This document shows, in pieces, positions 41,312-53,425 of a DNA stretch of 64,000 nt. Source of the stretch: an uncultured Gemmatimonadales bacterium. GTDB lineage: Bacteria > Gemmatimonadota > Gemmatimonadetes > Gemmatimonadales > GWC2-71-9. Location of the stretch: NCBI GenBank assembly GCA_963748815.1, contig CAVVKJ010000010.1:416001-480000 (forward strand), given 5' to 3'. The notes beneath the pieces are model-generated. The model had not been told where the DNA came from. It did not search any database and was given only the letters and a program-made list of their open reading frames with translations. How positions within the stretch are numbered: position 1 is the stretch's first letter; every line of letters begins with the position of its first letter. Both the position numbers and the translations under genes were made by a program.

Positions 41312-42076
41312 ATGTTCCGCCCGAAACTGATTCGCAGCGCCTGCCTGGCGGTCGTTCTCGCCTCAGGCACCCTCGGCAGCGTGCAGGCCCAGGACGCGAA
41401 GTGGGAGAATACCTTCACCCTGTACGGCTGGGCCGCCGCCATGTCCGGCACAGCCGGCGTGAACGCCGTCACCGCCACCGTGGACGTCCCCTTCAGCGAA
41501 ATCCTCGACAACCTGAAGATGGGGGCGATGCTCAATTATACCGGCCGCGGCGCGGAGTGGGTGACCGGCGCCGATTTCGTCTACATGAAGCTCGGATCCG
41601 ACATCGCCGCCCCCAACACCGGCAACACCCTGGCCGACGTCCGGCTGAAGCAGTGGCTCTTCGAGGTGAACGGCGGCTACCGGGTGACGCCCTGGATGGA
41701 CGCGCTCATCGGCGTCCGGGTCCCGGTGATCGAGGGCCAGATCACCCCTGACCGCGACGATCCCCTGCTCTCCGAGCGCAGCTCGAGCGAGAGCTGGTTC
41801 GCCCCGATCATCGGCGCGCGCATCGTGCTGCCGGTCTCGAAGCACCTGACCGTCATCGGCCGCGGCGACCTCGGCGGGTTCGGCATCGGCGGCACCAACA
41901 ACACCTGGCAGGGTGCCGGGTACCTGAACTATGGATTCGGAAAGGGGTGGTCGGCCACGCTCGGATACCGGGCCATCAGCGCCGACTACGCCACCGGCAC
42001 GCCGGGGGAAGAGGGCTATTTCCTGTACGACGTGACCAGCTACGGCGGCCTGCTGGGCGTGGCGTACACGTTCTAG
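41312..42076 (+). CDS. Outer-membrane beta-barrel protein, hypothetical
   Basis: Signal peptide (VQA-Q), amphipathic strands, C-terminal GVAYTF BAM-type signal. Confidence 0.8.
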   Translation: MFRPKLIRSACLAVVLASGTLGSVQAQDAKWENTFTLYGWAAAMSGTAGVNAVTATVDVPFSEILDNLKMGAMLNYTGRGAEWVTGADFVYMKLGSDIAAPNTGNTLADVRLKQWLFEVNGGYRVTPWMDALIGVRVPVIEGQITPDRDDPLLSERSSSESWFAPIIGARIVLPVSKHLTVIGRGDLGGFGIGGTNNTWQGAGYLNYGFGKGWSATLGYRAISADYATGTPGEEGYFLYDVTSYGGLLGVAYTF

Positions 42077-42097
42077 GAGAGGGTGCCCTTCAAGGCA

Positions 42098-42125
42098 GCG
42101 GGCCCGTCCAGGCGGATGGGCCCGC
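42098..42125. terminator. Hairpin between convergent genes
   Basis: GCGGGCCCGTCC-aggc-GGATGGGCCCGC. Confidence 0.6.
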
Positions 42126-42137
42126 GGTCGTTGCCCC

Positions 42138-43421
42138 CTACTCCTCGAACCGCTCGATGTCGGCGCCGAGGGCGCGGAGACGGCTGTCGATCTGTTCGTA
42201 CCCCCGCTCGATCTGCCCGACGTTGTGCAAGTGGGTTGTGCCCTCTGCCGCCAGCGCCGCGATCAGCATCGCCATGCCGGCCCGGATGTCGGGCGACTCG
42301 ACGGTGCTTCCCCGCAGCTTGACCGGTCCCGCCACCACCGCGCGGTGCGGGTCGCACAGCACGATCCGCGCGCCCATCCCGATCAGCTTGTCCACGAAGA
42401 ACATCCGCGACTCGAACATCTTCTCGAAGACCAGCAGGAGCCCCTCGCACTGGGTCGCCGCGACCAGCGCGATCGACATCGTGTCGGCGGGAAAGGCGGG
42501 CCACGGTCCGTCCTCGAGCTTGGGCACGTGCCCGCCGAGGTCGGGGCGGATCCGGCGTTCCTGGTCGGCGTCGATGATCAGCTTCTGCCCGTCGAGGCGG
42601 GGCCGGATGCCGAGGCGCTCGAACCCGAGGAGGGTGCCGCGGAGGTCGTCGCCGCGGACGCCGTCGATGGTCAGGGCGCTGTTGGTGACGGCGGCGAGGC
42701 CGATGAAGCTCCCGATCTCGATATGGTCGGGGCCGATGGTGTAGGAGGCGCCGTGGAGCGGATGGCCCCCCTCGATGACGTAGGTGTTGGAGCCGATCCC
42801 CTCGATGTGGGCGCCCATCGCGACGAGGAGCCGGGCGAGGTCCTGGACGTGGGGCTCGGAGGCGGCGTTCCGGAGCACCGTTCGCCCCTGGGCCTTCACG
42901 GCGGCCATGAGCGCGTTCTCGGTGCCGGTGACGCTCGGCTCGTCGAGAAAGATGTCGGCGCCCTTCAGGGACTTGCCGAAGAGCTCATAGTTGTCGCCGA
43001 GCTGCACCTCCGCGCCCAGGGCCTCGAGGGCGAGGAAGTGGGTGTCGACCCGGCGCCGACCGATCACGTCGCCCCCGGGTGGCGGCAGCGTCACCCGTCC
43101 GAACCGGGCCAGCAGCGGGCCGGCCAGGAGGATCGAAGCCCGGATCCGGGCGCAGAGCCGGGGATCGAGCGGCTTGTTCTCGATGGTCCGGGGGTCGATC
43201 CGGACATGGTTCGTGTCGATCCACTCGATGCCCGCCCCCATCTCGGCGAGGATGGCGAGCATCGTCTCCACGTCGCGGATCCGCGGCATGTTGTCGAGTT
43301 CGACCGGCCCCTCAGCGAGGACCGCGGCGGCGATGGCGGGGAGCGCGGCGTTCTTGTTGCCGGCGGGGCGCAGGGTGCCGCGGAGCGTGGAACCGCCGCG
43401 GACGAGATAGCGTGGGGGCAT
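42138..43421 (-). CDS. murA: UDP-N-acetylglucosamine 1-carboxyvinyltransferase (Asp-type active site)
   Basis: GNKNAALP, RASIL, PPGGDVIGRRRVDTH, SVTGTEN, PDIRAG, IERGYE. Confidence 0.97.
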   Translation of the reverse strand: MPPRYLVRGGSTLRGTLRPAGNKNAALPAIAAAVLAEGPVELDNMPRIRDVETMLAILAEMGAGIEWIDTNHVRIDPRTIENKPLDPRLCARIRASILLAGPLLARFGRVTLPPPGGDVIGRRRVDTHFLALEALGAEVQLGDNYELFGKSLKGADIFLDEPSVTGTENALMAAVKAQGRTVLRNAASEPHVQDLARLLVAMGAHIEGIGSNTYVIEGGHPLHGASYTIGPDHIEIGSFIGLAAVTNSALTIDGVRGDDLRGTLLGFERLGIRPRLDGQKLIIDADQERRIRPDLGGHVPKLEDGPWPAFPADTMSIALVAATQCEGLLLVFEKMFESRMFFVDKLIGMGARIVLCDPHRAVVAGPVKLRGSTVESPDIRAGMAMLIAALAAEGTTHLHNVGQIERGYEQIDSRLRALGADIERFEE

Positions 43422-43501
43422 GGCCAAACCTCGCCCGGAGTGGCGGGGGCCGTCAAGCGCGAGGGATTCCGAATGGCCCCCGGTGAGGCCATACTTCGAG
43501 C

Positions 43502-43984
43502 GTGACTATGCTCCTGCTGCTTCAGGGCGCCCCGGCGCCGATGGCGGGCTGGGTCGGCCCGACCATCGCGATTTCGGTCGCAATCCTGGCCTTCGCGTGG
43601 ATCGTGGTGTTCGCGTCCGCCGCCGTCGCGGCCATCGCCCTCGCCCGGCGCCTCGACGCCATGTCCGACAACCTCAGCGGCCTGCGCCAGGACCTGGGCG
43701 GCATGGTCGAGGGCGCCCGGCGGGTCACCGAACAGGGCGAGGCGATCATCGGCCTGGTCCGGGACGAGGGTGAGGCGTACCTCGCGACCAGCCGCCGTTT
43801 CCGCACCCGGCTCAACCACGGCATTGACCGCTTCTCGGAGCGCGCGGCCGACCTCGACGCCCTCTACGAAGTCGTGCAGGAGGAGGTCGAGGACACGGCG
43901 CTCCAGTTTGCGAGCGCCCTCCGCACCGCCCGGCTCAGCACCGGCATCATCGCCAAGGTGTTGCGGCGCCGGCGGCGGCGATGA
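43502..43984 (+). CDS. Hypothetical single-TM coiled-coil protein (DUF948-like)
   Basis: N-terminal TM helix, helical body, basic tail; ATGA overlap with next gene. Confidence 0.65.
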   Translation: MTMLLLLQGAPAPMAGWVGPTIAISVAILAFAWIVVFASAAVAAIALARRLDAMSDNLSGLRQDLGGMVEGARRVTEQGEAIIGLVRDEGEAYLATSRRFRTRLNHGIDRFSERAADLDALYEVVQEEVEDTALQFASALRTARLSTGIIAKVLRRRRRR

Positions 43985-44931
43985 CCATCGCCCGGGTCGC
44001 CGTTGCGCTGGTCCTGGTCGGCGTCGCGCTGGCCGCCGCGCCGGACGCCCTGCACGCCTGGACCCCCGGCACGCACATCTACCTTGCCCAGAACGTCCTG
44101 GCGAGCGCCCACCTCCTCCCCCCGACGGTGGCCGACCTCATCCGGGCCTTTCCGTTCGACTTTCTCTACGGCAACATCGCGGCGGACAGCACCATCGCGA
44201 AGAATTTCGCGCCGGTCAGCCGCCACTGCCACCACTGGCACGTCGGCCAGGAGATTCACGACCTGGCCCCGACCGACGCCCTCCGGGCCTTCGGGCTCGG
44301 CTACCTCGCGCACCTGGCCGCCGACACCGTCGCCCACAACTACTTCGTCCCCCGGCAGCTCGCCGTCACGAGTTCCCGCTCGGGACTCGGCCACGCCTAC
44401 TGGGAGAGCCGGTTCGAGACCCACCTTGGTGCAGGCTTCGCGCGCACCGCCAAGGAAGTCATCCAGCTCGACCACACGCCGGCCGACGCCCATCTCGACC
44501 AGATCATCTCCCCCACCATCTTCAGCGTGCGGACCAACCGGCGGCTCTTCCGCGGCATGGTGCACCTGGTGGAGACCCGGAGCTGGCAGCGGGCCTTCCG
44601 CATGGCGCAGACCCACAGCCGCTGGGACCTGCCCGAGGAGGACGTCGAGCAGCACATGGCGCTGTCGTATGAGTTCGTGATGGAGATGCTGGGTGACGAT
44701 CGCCCCCTCGCCCGCCGGCTCGACCCCGCCGGCGCCGAGCCGCTGAAGGCCGCGCAGTCGCTGCGCCGGGAAATCCGGGACACCGGCGCCGGCCGCGACG
44801 CGATCCGGATCCACAAGCTGGCGGAGCGGGACTTCGGGCTCCCCCGGAAGGCGGACCTCTCCTACTGGCGGCAGCTCGACACCTCCCGGCCCTGGAAGGT
44901 CGCGGACGGAGGAGCATCCGATGCGGCCTGA
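43981..44931 (+). CDS. Zinc-dependent phospholipase C family protein
   Basis: Signal peptide then W-T-P-G-T-H; HCHHW, GYLAHLAADTVAH, HAYWE. Confidence 0.85.
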   Translation: MTIARVAVALVLVGVALAAAPDALHAWTPGTHIYLAQNVLASAHLLPPTVADLIRAFPFDFLYGNIAADSTIAKNFAPVSRHCHHWHVGQEIHDLAPTDALRAFGLGYLAHLAADTVAHNYFVPRQLAVTSSRSGLGHAYWESRFETHLGAGFARTAKEVIQLDHTPADAHLDQIISPTIFSVRTNRRLFRGMVHLVETRSWQRAFRMAQTHSRWDLPEEDVEQHMALSYEFVMEMLGDDRPLARRLDPAGAEPLKAAQSLRREIRDTGAGRDAIRIHKLAERDFGLPRKADLSYWRQLDTSRPWKVADGGASDAA

Positions 44932-45556
44932 CGACCTGGGACTCCCCGAGGGGGACGGCGAGGGCCGTCCCAGCGTCCTGGTGGCGACCAGCACCCGGGT
45001 GCAGGTGCGCGTCGAACCGGTCGAGGACGACCGCACTCCGGAGGGCTCCGTCTGTCTCGGGACGTTCATCGATGGCCGGCTGGTCGGCCGGCGGGTGGCG
45101 CCGACCGAAGCGCTGGAGGAGTTGCGGGAGTTCCACCTCTTCGACGACCCGGTCCATCTCGGCCTCGTCGCCTACGAGGACGCCCCCGGCCTGCAGTGTC
45201 GCCTGCTCGCACTCCTCCCCGCCGACCGCTTTCCCCTCACCGAGGACAGCGAAGACGAGGAGGGCGAGGACGACAGCGAGCCCTGGCGCGCCAGCGTGCC
45301 GGCCCCGTCATTCGAAGTCGAACCCGAGCGCGCGCCGCGCCTGGACGAGGAGACGCCGAGCCTCGAGGACGGCGCCGCGGTGCCGGTCTACCTCGGCAAC
45401 ATCGTTCGGCTCTCCCGCGATCGGAAACACCCGGAGGACCTCGCGGCGGAAGCGAGCGATGTCCTGATGACGGTGCTCACCGGGACCGTCTCGGAGGTAG
45501 TGGATCGGGTGCTGGAAGACCTGCTGGAGGGGGACGAGCCGAGGACTGAGGACTGA
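44921..45556 (+). CDS. Hypothetical acidic protein
   Basis: Coding-like GC3 pattern; overlaps upstream stop. Confidence 0.7.
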   Translation: MRPDDLGLPEGDGEGRPSVLVATSTRVQVRVEPVEDDRTPEGSVCLGTFIDGRLVGRRVAPTEALEELREFHLFDDPVHLGLVAYEDAPGLQCRLLALLPADRFPLTEDSEDEEGEDDSEPWRASVPAPSFEVEPERAPRLDEETPSLEDGAAVPVYLGNIVRLSRDRKHPEDLAAEASDVLMTVLTGTVSEVVDRVLEDLLEGDEPRTED

Positions 45557-45570
45557 GCCGAGGTTAGTGC

Positions 45571-47000
<1,430 letters not shown>

Positions 47001-47001
<1 letters not shown>

Positions 47002-48405
47002 CAGCGCACCTCCCCGCCGGCATCGAGCGCCGCTTCCAGCGCACTCGCCACCGCCAGCATGCGCGCCTCGCCGAACGCCGGCGCGATCAACTGCGCGCCG
47101 ACCGGCAATCCCTCCGACAGTGCCTGCCGGGAGGCTCATCGCCGGCAGTCCCGCCAGGCTCACCGAGCAGACGAAGATGTCGGCCATGTACATCGCCACC
47201 GGATCGGCGGTCTTTTCCCCGGCACGGAACGCGGTGGTCGGCGTCGTCGGAGTGAGGAGGAAGTCCACGCCTCCCGGCGCGAAAGCGCGGCGGAAATCGT
47301 CGGCGATCAGGTTGCGCACCTGCTGCGCCTTGTGGTAGTAGGCGTCGTAGTAGCCGGCGCTCAGCACATAGGTGCCGACCAGGATCCGCCGCCGCACCTC
47401 GGGGCCGAACCCCTCGCCGCGCGTGGCGCGATAGAGCGCCGGCAGGTCGCCGGCGGCGCCGACGCGGCGGGCCCCGTACCGCACCCCGTCGTAGCGGGCC
47501 AGGTTGGAGGCGGCCTCGGCCGGCGCCAGCACGTAGTAGGTCGGCACGGCAAACGGCGTGTGCGGCAGCGACACCGGCACCAGTTCGGCCCCGAGGGCGC
47601 GCAGCACGTCGGCGGCGCGATCGACACCCGCACGCACGCCGCCGTCGAGATCCGCCGGGAAGTATTCCGCCGGCAGGCCGACGCGCAGCCCCTGCAGCGA
47701 GCCGGGGGTGGCCTCGATCGACAATCCGCCGGCAGCGACCGTGGTGGCGTCCTGCGCGTCGTGGCCGCTGATGGCGCTGAGGACCCGCGCCGCGTCATGC
47801 ACCGTGCGGCCGAACACCGAGACGCAATCGAGCGACGACCCGAAGGCCACCAGCCCGTACCGGCTCACCCGCCCATAGGTCGGCTTCACGCCGACCACGC
47901 CGCAGAAGCTGGCCGGCTGCCGGACCGACCCGCCGGTCTCGGACCCGAGCGCCGCGGGCACCACCCCCGCCGCCACCAGCGCGGCGGAACCGCCCGACGA
48001 CCCGCCGGGCACCCGATCGGGATGCGTCGGGTGCTGCACCCGGCCAAAGGCGGAGTGCTCGGTGGAGGAACCCATCGCGAACTCGTCGAGGTTGGCCTTG
48101 GCGGCGATGAGCGCGCCCGCCGCGCGGAGCCGGCGCACGACGGTGGCGTCGTACGGCGAACGGTATCCGCCGAGGATCTTCGACGCGCAGGTGGTCGGCG
48201 CGTCGGTGGTGACGATGTTGTCCTTGATCGCGATCGGCATCCCGGCCAGGGGAAGCGTGGCGCCGGACGCCTGCAGCGCCGCCACCCGCGCCGCCTCCGC
48301 CGCGAGATTCTCCTCGCTCCAGTGCAGCGTGGCGTTGAGGCCGCGCGCCTCCGCCGCGCGCAGCCGCGCCCCGACGGCCTGGGCGAGCTCCTGCACGTCG
48401 CTCAT
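47001..48405 (-). CDS. gatA: Asp/Glu-tRNA amidotransferase subunit A (+1 frameshift near 47121)
   Basis: IAIKDNI, DEFAMGSS, PGGSSGGSA, GSETGGSVRQPA, SNLARYDG; true C-terminus GLPVGAQL..E.RML lies in the shifted frame. Confidence 0.96.
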
Positions 48406-48701
48406 TCCCCCTCCATGGCGCCGAGCCGGGGCACCAGGAAGAGCCCGTCCCGGAACTCGGGGGCGAAGGAGGCGATGTCGTGTACCAGCGGCACGGACCC
48501 GGGGTCGTCCTCCCGCAGGGTCACGGCCGGAGGGCCGGCCTGGAAGGGCGCCGCGGAGTCGCCGGCGGGGACGTTGTTGAGCTGGGCGACATAGTCCACG
48601 ATGCGACCAATCTGCGCCACCAGCGCCTCGACATCCTGCGGCGGCACGTCCAGTTCGGCGAGCTGCGCCACGCGGAGGATCTCTTCCCGGCTGATCGTCA
48701 T
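48402..48701 (-). CDS. gatC: Asp/Glu-tRNA amidotransferase subunit C
   Basis: ISREEILRVAQLAEL..LRED..APEFRDGLFLVP. Confidence 0.93.
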   Translation of the reverse strand: MTISREEILRVAQLAELDVPPQDVEALVAQIGRIVDYVAQLNNVPAGDSAAPFQAGPPAVTLREDDPGSVPLVHDIASFAPEFRDGLFLVPRLGAMEGE

Positions 48702-50980
48702 GCGCTCTCCCACTCACGCTCGAGGCCGGCAAAGGCCACGAGGAGTTGTTTGACTCCCACCTCTTCATCGTCGAACTGGACCGACACCTTGAGATCGCGC
48801 CCCGCGCCGGTCAGGCCCTGGATCGATCCGCTCCCAAAGCGGCGGTGGGTCACGCGCTCACCGCGCACATACCGCGGCGTGTCCTGCGACAGCTCCTCCG
48901 GAGCTTCCGCGGCGGGGCTGCGGGGCAGCGGGGCGGCTGTTGCGTCCCAGCCAGCGGACCGCGAACCCACCCAACTCCCATGGCGGCCACCTGCCCCGCT
49001 GCCCCGCTGCCCCGCTGCCCACCCCGCCACCGACGTCCTCCGTTCATCGAGGATTCCCGGCGGCAACGCCTCCAGGAACCGTGACGGCCGTCCGTACTGG
49101 AGATTGCCGCCACGACGTCTGCTGCGCGCGAAGGTCAGGTAGAGCTTGTCCTTGGCGCGGGTCAGGCCGACGTAGCAGAGACGCCGCTCCTCCTCCACCC
49201 CGCCGGGTTGTTCGTCGGCGCGCGCCAGGGGGAAGAGCCCGTCTTCGAGGCCGGCGAGCACCACGACCGGCCACTCGAGCCCCTTGGCGGTGTGAATCGT
49301 CATCAGGGTGACGCCTTCCTCGGCGCCCTCGATGGTATCGTGCGAGCTCAGGAGCGCGGCGTCGGCCAGGAAGCGCTCCAGCGGGGAGCCGGGCTCCTCG
49401 GGGTCCTCCACCACGATCTCCGACCAGTTCGCCGCGCTGGCCACCAGTTCGCGCACGTTGTCCCACCGATCGGCCCCCTCCGGCCCCTCCTGCTTGAGCA
49501 GGTTTTCGTAGTCGATGGCCTGCATCAGTTCTTCCAGCACGTCGGCCGGGGGCTGGTGGCCGGCCTGGCTCCGCAGCCGCTCGAGCAGCGCGGCGAAGCC
49601 GGTCAGCGCCTGCCGGACGTTGGGACGGAGGTCGGCGATGCGATCGGCGATGCCCGCGGCCGCGAGCAGCGGCTTGTTCCAGGCTCGCGCCGCCTCGATC
49701 AGCGCCGACAGGCTGGAGTCGCCGATCCCGCGGCGCGGGACCCCGACGGCCCGCAGGAACGCCTCGTCGTCCGAGGGATTGGCCACCAGGCGGAGATACG
49801 CGAGCAGGTCCTTCACCTCGCGGCGATCGTAGAAGCTGATGGCCCCGACGATCCGATAGGGTGTCCCGCTCCGCCGGAACGACTCCTCGAGGGCGCGCGA
49901 CTGGAAATTCGTGCGGTACAGCACCGCCATCTCGCCGTAGCTCCAGTCCCCGTCCGCGGCGCGGCGGCGCAGCTCCCCGGCGATCCACTCCGCCTCGTCG
50001 CGCTCGTCCGCCGCGGCCACCAGCGTGACCGATTCCCCGCCCCGCCGCGCGGTCCGCAGCGTCTTCCCGATCCGGCCGCTGTTCTCGGCGATGACGGCAT
50101 TGGCCGCGTCGAGCACCACCTGGGTGGACCGGTAGTTCTCCTCCAGCCGCACCAGCCGGACGTCGGCGAAGTCGCTCTGGAAATCCACCATGTTCCGCAC
50201 CTCGGCGCCGCGCCAGCCGTAGATCGACTGATCGTCGTCGCCGACCGCGCTCACATTGCCATGCGAGCCCAGCGCGCGGATCAACTCGTATTGCGCGCGG
50301 TTGGTGTCCTGGAACTCGTCCACCAGGACGAACTGGAACTTGCGACGGTAGGCCTCGAGGCGCTCCGGGTGCCGGCGGAAGAGCTCGAGGGGATGGAGGA
50401 GCAGGTCGTCGAAATCCATCGCGTTGGCGGACTGCAGCGCCGGCCCCAGCGCCGCGTACACCTCCGCGGCGACCTTGACCAGCGGATTGAAGGTGCTGGA
50501 GGCCAGCAGTTCGCTCGGCGGGGTCATCCGGTTCTTGGCGCCGGAGATGATCGACTGGACCGCCTTCGGCGGAAAGGCCTTCGACGGGTGCCCGAGCTGG
50601 TCGAGCAGCCGGCGAATGAGGCGCAGCCGGTCGTCTTCGTCATAGATGGTGTACTGGCGCGTGAAGCCGAGGAGTTCCGCCTCCCGACGCAGCAGCCGTG
50701 CCGAGAGGGAGTGGAAGGTCCCGATCCAGAGGCCCCCGGGATCGCGACCGAGCAGTCGTCCGATCCGTTCCTTCATCTCGGCGGCGGCCTTGTTGGTGAA
50801 GGTCACCGCGAAGATCCGGTCCGGCGCCACCCCGTGGGTCTCGATCAGGTTCGCGACCCGTGCGGTGAGCACCCGCGTCTTGCCGGAGCCCGCGCCGGCG
50901 AGGACCAGCAGCGGACCCGAGCCGTGCTCCACCGCCTCGCGCTGCGCGGGGTTCAGGGTGCCGAGGAGGGGAGCGGTCAT
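48698..50980 (-). CDS. uvrD: ATP-dependent DNA helicase UvrD/PcrA
   Basis: AGAGSGKT, VDEFQDTN, VGDDDQSIYGWRGA, NYRST, HTAKGLEW, EERRLCYVGLTRA, C-terminal Tudor-like domain. Confidence 0.97.
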   Translation of the reverse strand: MTAPLLGTLNPAQREAVEHGSGPLLVLAGAGSGKTRVLTARVANLIETHGVAPDRIFAVTFTNKAAAEMKERIGRLLGRDPGGLWIGTFHSLSARLLRREAELLGFTRQYTIYDEDDRLRLIRRLLDQLGHPSKAFPPKAVQSIISGAKNRMTPPSELLASSTFNPLVKVAAEVYAALGPALQSANAMDFDDLLLHPLELFRRHPERLEAYRRKFQFVLVDEFQDTNRAQYELIRALGSHGNVSAVGDDDQSIYGWRGAEVRNMVDFQSDFADVRLVRLEENYRSTQVVLDAANAVIAENSGRIGKTLRTARRGGESVTLVAAADERDEAEWIAGELRRRAADGDWSYGEMAVLYRTNFQSRALEESFRRSGTPYRIVGAISFYDRREVKDLLAYLRLVANPSDDEAFLRAVGVPRRGIGDSSLSALIEAARAWNKPLLAAAGIADRIADLRPNVRQALTGFAALLERLRSQAGHQPPADVLEELMQAIDYENLLKQEGPEGADRWDNVRELVASAANWSEIVVEDPEEPGSPLERFLADAALLSSHDTIEGAEEGVTLMTIHTAKGLEWPVVVLAGLEDGLFPLARADEQPGGVEEERRLCYVGLTRAKDKLYLTFARSRRRGGNLQYGRPSRFLEALPPGILDERRTSVAGWAAGQRGSGAGGRHGSWVGSRSAGWDATAAPLPRSPAAEAPEELSQDTPRYVRGERVTHRRFGSGSIQGLTGAGRDLKVSVQFDDEEVGVKQLLVAFAGLEREWESA
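48912..49020. repeat. Inverted arrays of an 8-bp tandem repeat (CGGGGCAG) inside uvrD
   Basis: GCGGGGCT GCGGGGCA GCGGGGCG (48912-48937) opposite (CTGCCCCG)x3 CTGCCC (48991-49020). Confidence 0.8.
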
Positions 50981-52146
50981 GTCGCGGCCGCCTCATCCTG
51001 GAGCGGAAGCGCGAGGCGGAAGCAGGCACCGCTCGTGGACGGCTCGAGCGACAGGCTCCCCTCGTGCGCCTCCTGGGCGACCCGCGTCGCGAGGGCGAGC
51101 CCGATGCCCCACCCTCCCGTCTTGGTGGTGATCCCCGCCTGGAAGAGGGTCCGTCGGATGCTCCCCTCGATGCCGGGCCCGTCGTCGATGATGCGGAGCA
51201 CGCCTTGGCGCCCCTCGGCCTCGACGCGGAGGATGATGGTGCCGGAGCGCCCGCGCAGCGCGTCGATGGCGTTCTTCACCAGCGACTCCAGCGCCCATTC
51301 GAGGAGAATGGTATCGCCAAGCACGATCGGTCCGGCGCCCGCCGCCTCGACCCGCAGCTCGATCGGGTTGGCGTGGCGCGGCAACCGGGGACGGAAGTAC
51401 CCGGCCACCCGGTCGGCCAGGGCGCCGAGCCCGATCGGTTCACGCCGCGCCGGATTCCCAATCCGCTCGAACCGCTGCGCCACCCGCTCGAGTCGTTCGG
51501 CGTCGGCCGCGAGGTGCTCGGCCAGGTCGGCCGGGGGCGTCGGCCGCGAGCGGACCACTTCGATCCAGCCCTGCAGGCTCATCAGCGGGGTGCCCATCTG
51601 GTGCGCCGCCTCGCGCGCCATCGCCACCCAGAGCCGGTCCCGTTGCGACGACATCGCGTGCCGGTAGGCGTAGAACGCCACGCCGATCATCGTCGCCACG
51701 GTGAGTCCCTGCAGGAGTGCGAGCAGCCCGAGTTGCCGGCGCGCCGGGAGCGGCCCGAAATGCACGGTGCCGAGCCCCGGCTCGACCAGCGGGGGATTTA
51801 CCCGGTCGAGCTTCAGCGCGTATTCCTTGACGCGCGGGTCGTCGAGCGTGGCATCGAATGGCAGGTTGGCGTAGGCGGTCACTTGGCCCATGCCGTCGGT
51901 GACCACGAGGGGGAGTCCCTGCTGGCGCACCCGCTCCCCCAGCTGGAGGAGCGCGCCGGCTTCGGCGCCCGGCGTGGGATCGTTCAGCCCCGCGAAGACG
52001 CCGGAGTAGAGCCGACTGATGTTGAGGGCGTCCTGCTGGAGGTGCTGCGTCACCATGAGCCCGGTGCCGGCGGTCAGGGCAATGAGCCCGACCGCCAGGG
52101 CGACGATGACGCCCGGCGCGAACCGGCGGACCGAGTCCCTACGCAC
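50977..52146 (-). CDS. Membrane sensor histidine kinase
   Basis: Two TM helices, [13 protein letters not shown]-box, [19 protein letters not shown]; start uncertain. Confidence 0.92.
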   Translation of the reverse strand: MRRDSVRRFAPGVIVALAVGLIALTAGTGLMVTQHLQQDALNISRLYSGVFAGLNDPTPGAEAGALLQLGERVRQQGLPLVVTDGMGQVTAYANLPFDATLDDPRVKEYALKLDRVNPPLVEPGLGTVHFGPLPARRQLGLLALLQGLTVATMIGVAFYAYRHAMSSQRDRLWVAMAREAAHQMGTPLMSLQGWIEVVRSRPTPPADLAEHLAADAERLERVAQRFERIGNPARREPIGLGALADRVAGYFRPRLPRHANPIELRVEAAGAGPIVLGDTILLEWALESLVKNAIDALRGRSGTIILRVEAEGRQGVLRIIDDGPGIEGSIRRTLFQAGITTKTGGWGIGLALATRVAQEAHEGSLSLEPSTSGACFRLALPLQDEAAAT

Positions 52147-53422
52147 GGGGGACCAGGCGATCGGTCCCCAGATAGGGCGCGAGCGCCTCGGGAATCTGGA
52201 CGGAGCCATCCGCCTGCTGGCCGTTCTCGAGCAGGGCGATGATGGTGCGTGGGAAGGCCAGGCCGCTGGCGTTCAGCGTGTGGACGAATTCCGGCTTCGC
52301 GCCCGCGTCGGGACGGAAGCGAATATTGGCGCGGCGGGCCTGGAAATCCCCGAAGGTCGAGGCGCTCGACACCTCGAGCCAGGCGTTCACCCCCGCGGCC
52401 CACACCTCGAGGTCGAGCGTGCGGGCGCTGGCGAAGCCGATGTCCCCGGCCGCGAGCGACAGCACCCGGTAGGGGAGCCCGAGCCGCTGCAGCACCGCCT
52501 CCGCATGGGCGGTGATCCGCTCGAGTTCCACCGCGCCGTCCTCGGGGCGCACGAAGCGGACGATTTCCACCTTGTCGAACTGGTGGACCCGGATCAGCCC
52601 GCGGGTGTCCTTGCCGTGCGCGCCGGCCTCCCGCCGGAAACAGGGGGTGCTCGCCACGTAGCCGATCGGGAGCGACGCGCCGTCGAGGATCTCGTCGCGA
52701 TGGAGGTTCGTGACGGGCACTTCGGCGGTCGGCAGGAGGTAGAGGCCGTCGCGTTCGACGCCGTACAGGTCTTCCTCGAACTTGGGGAGCTGACCCGTGC
52801 CGAGGAGGCTGGCCCGGTTGAGCAGCAGTGGCGGGGTGACTTCGACGTAGCCATGCTCGCGGGTGTGCAGGTCGAGCATGAAATTCTCGAGCGCGCGCAC
52901 CAGCCGCGCCCCGAGACCGACGAAGACCGGGAATCCGCTCCCCGAGAGCTTGGCTCCGCGCGGGAGGTCGAGAATCCCGAGCCGTTCGCCGAGCTCCCAG
53001 TGGGGGCGCGGCGCGAACGCGAACGCGGGCGCGGTGCCCCAGCTGCGAATGACGGTGTTGGCGGTGGCGTCGCCGTCGGGGCAGTCGGGCGAGGGCAGGT
53101 TGGGGACTTCGAGCGCGCGGGCGTCCAGCGCCGCCTCGATCTCCCGCAGTTCGGCGTCGAGGACCCGCACCTCGTCCCCCGAGGCGCGCAGTTCGGCCAT
53201 CAGCGCCTCGGCCGGCTCCTTGGCGCGCTTGAGCCGGGCCACTTCCTCCGTCGCCTTGTTGCGCTCGGACTTCAGCGCCTCGACCCGGGAGAGAATGCCG
53301 CGGCGCTGGACGTCGAGTGCCAGGATCTCCTCAAGCATCGCGTCGACCGCGGGATCAAGACGCCGGGCCAACCGGGTCCGTACCCCCTCGGGGTCCTGGC
53401 GCAGTTGCCGGAGATCGATCAC
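52139..53422 (-). CDS. serS: Serine--tRNA ligase
   Basis: [36 protein letters not shown]. Confidence 0.98.
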   Translation of the reverse strand: MIDLRQLRQDPEGVRTRLARRLDPAVDAMLEEILALDVQRRGILSRVEALKSERNKATEEVARLKRAKEPAEALMAELRASGDEVRVLDAELREIEAALDARALEVPNLPSPDCPDGDATANTVIRSWGTAPAFAFAPRPHWELGERLGILDLPRGAKLSGSGFPVFVGLGARLVRALENFMLDLHTREHGYVEVTPPLLLNRASLLGTGQLPKFEEDLYGVERDGLYLLPTAEVPVTNLHRDEILDGASLPIGYVASTPCFRREAGAHGKDTRGLIRVHQFDKVEIVRFVRPEDGAVELERITAHAEAVLQRLGLPYRVLSLAAGDIGFASARTLDLEVWAAGVNAWLEVSSASTFGDFQARRANIRFRPDAGAKPEFVHTLNASGLAFPRTIIALLENGQQADGSVQIPEALAPYLGTDRLVPRA

Positions 53423-53425
53423 CGC

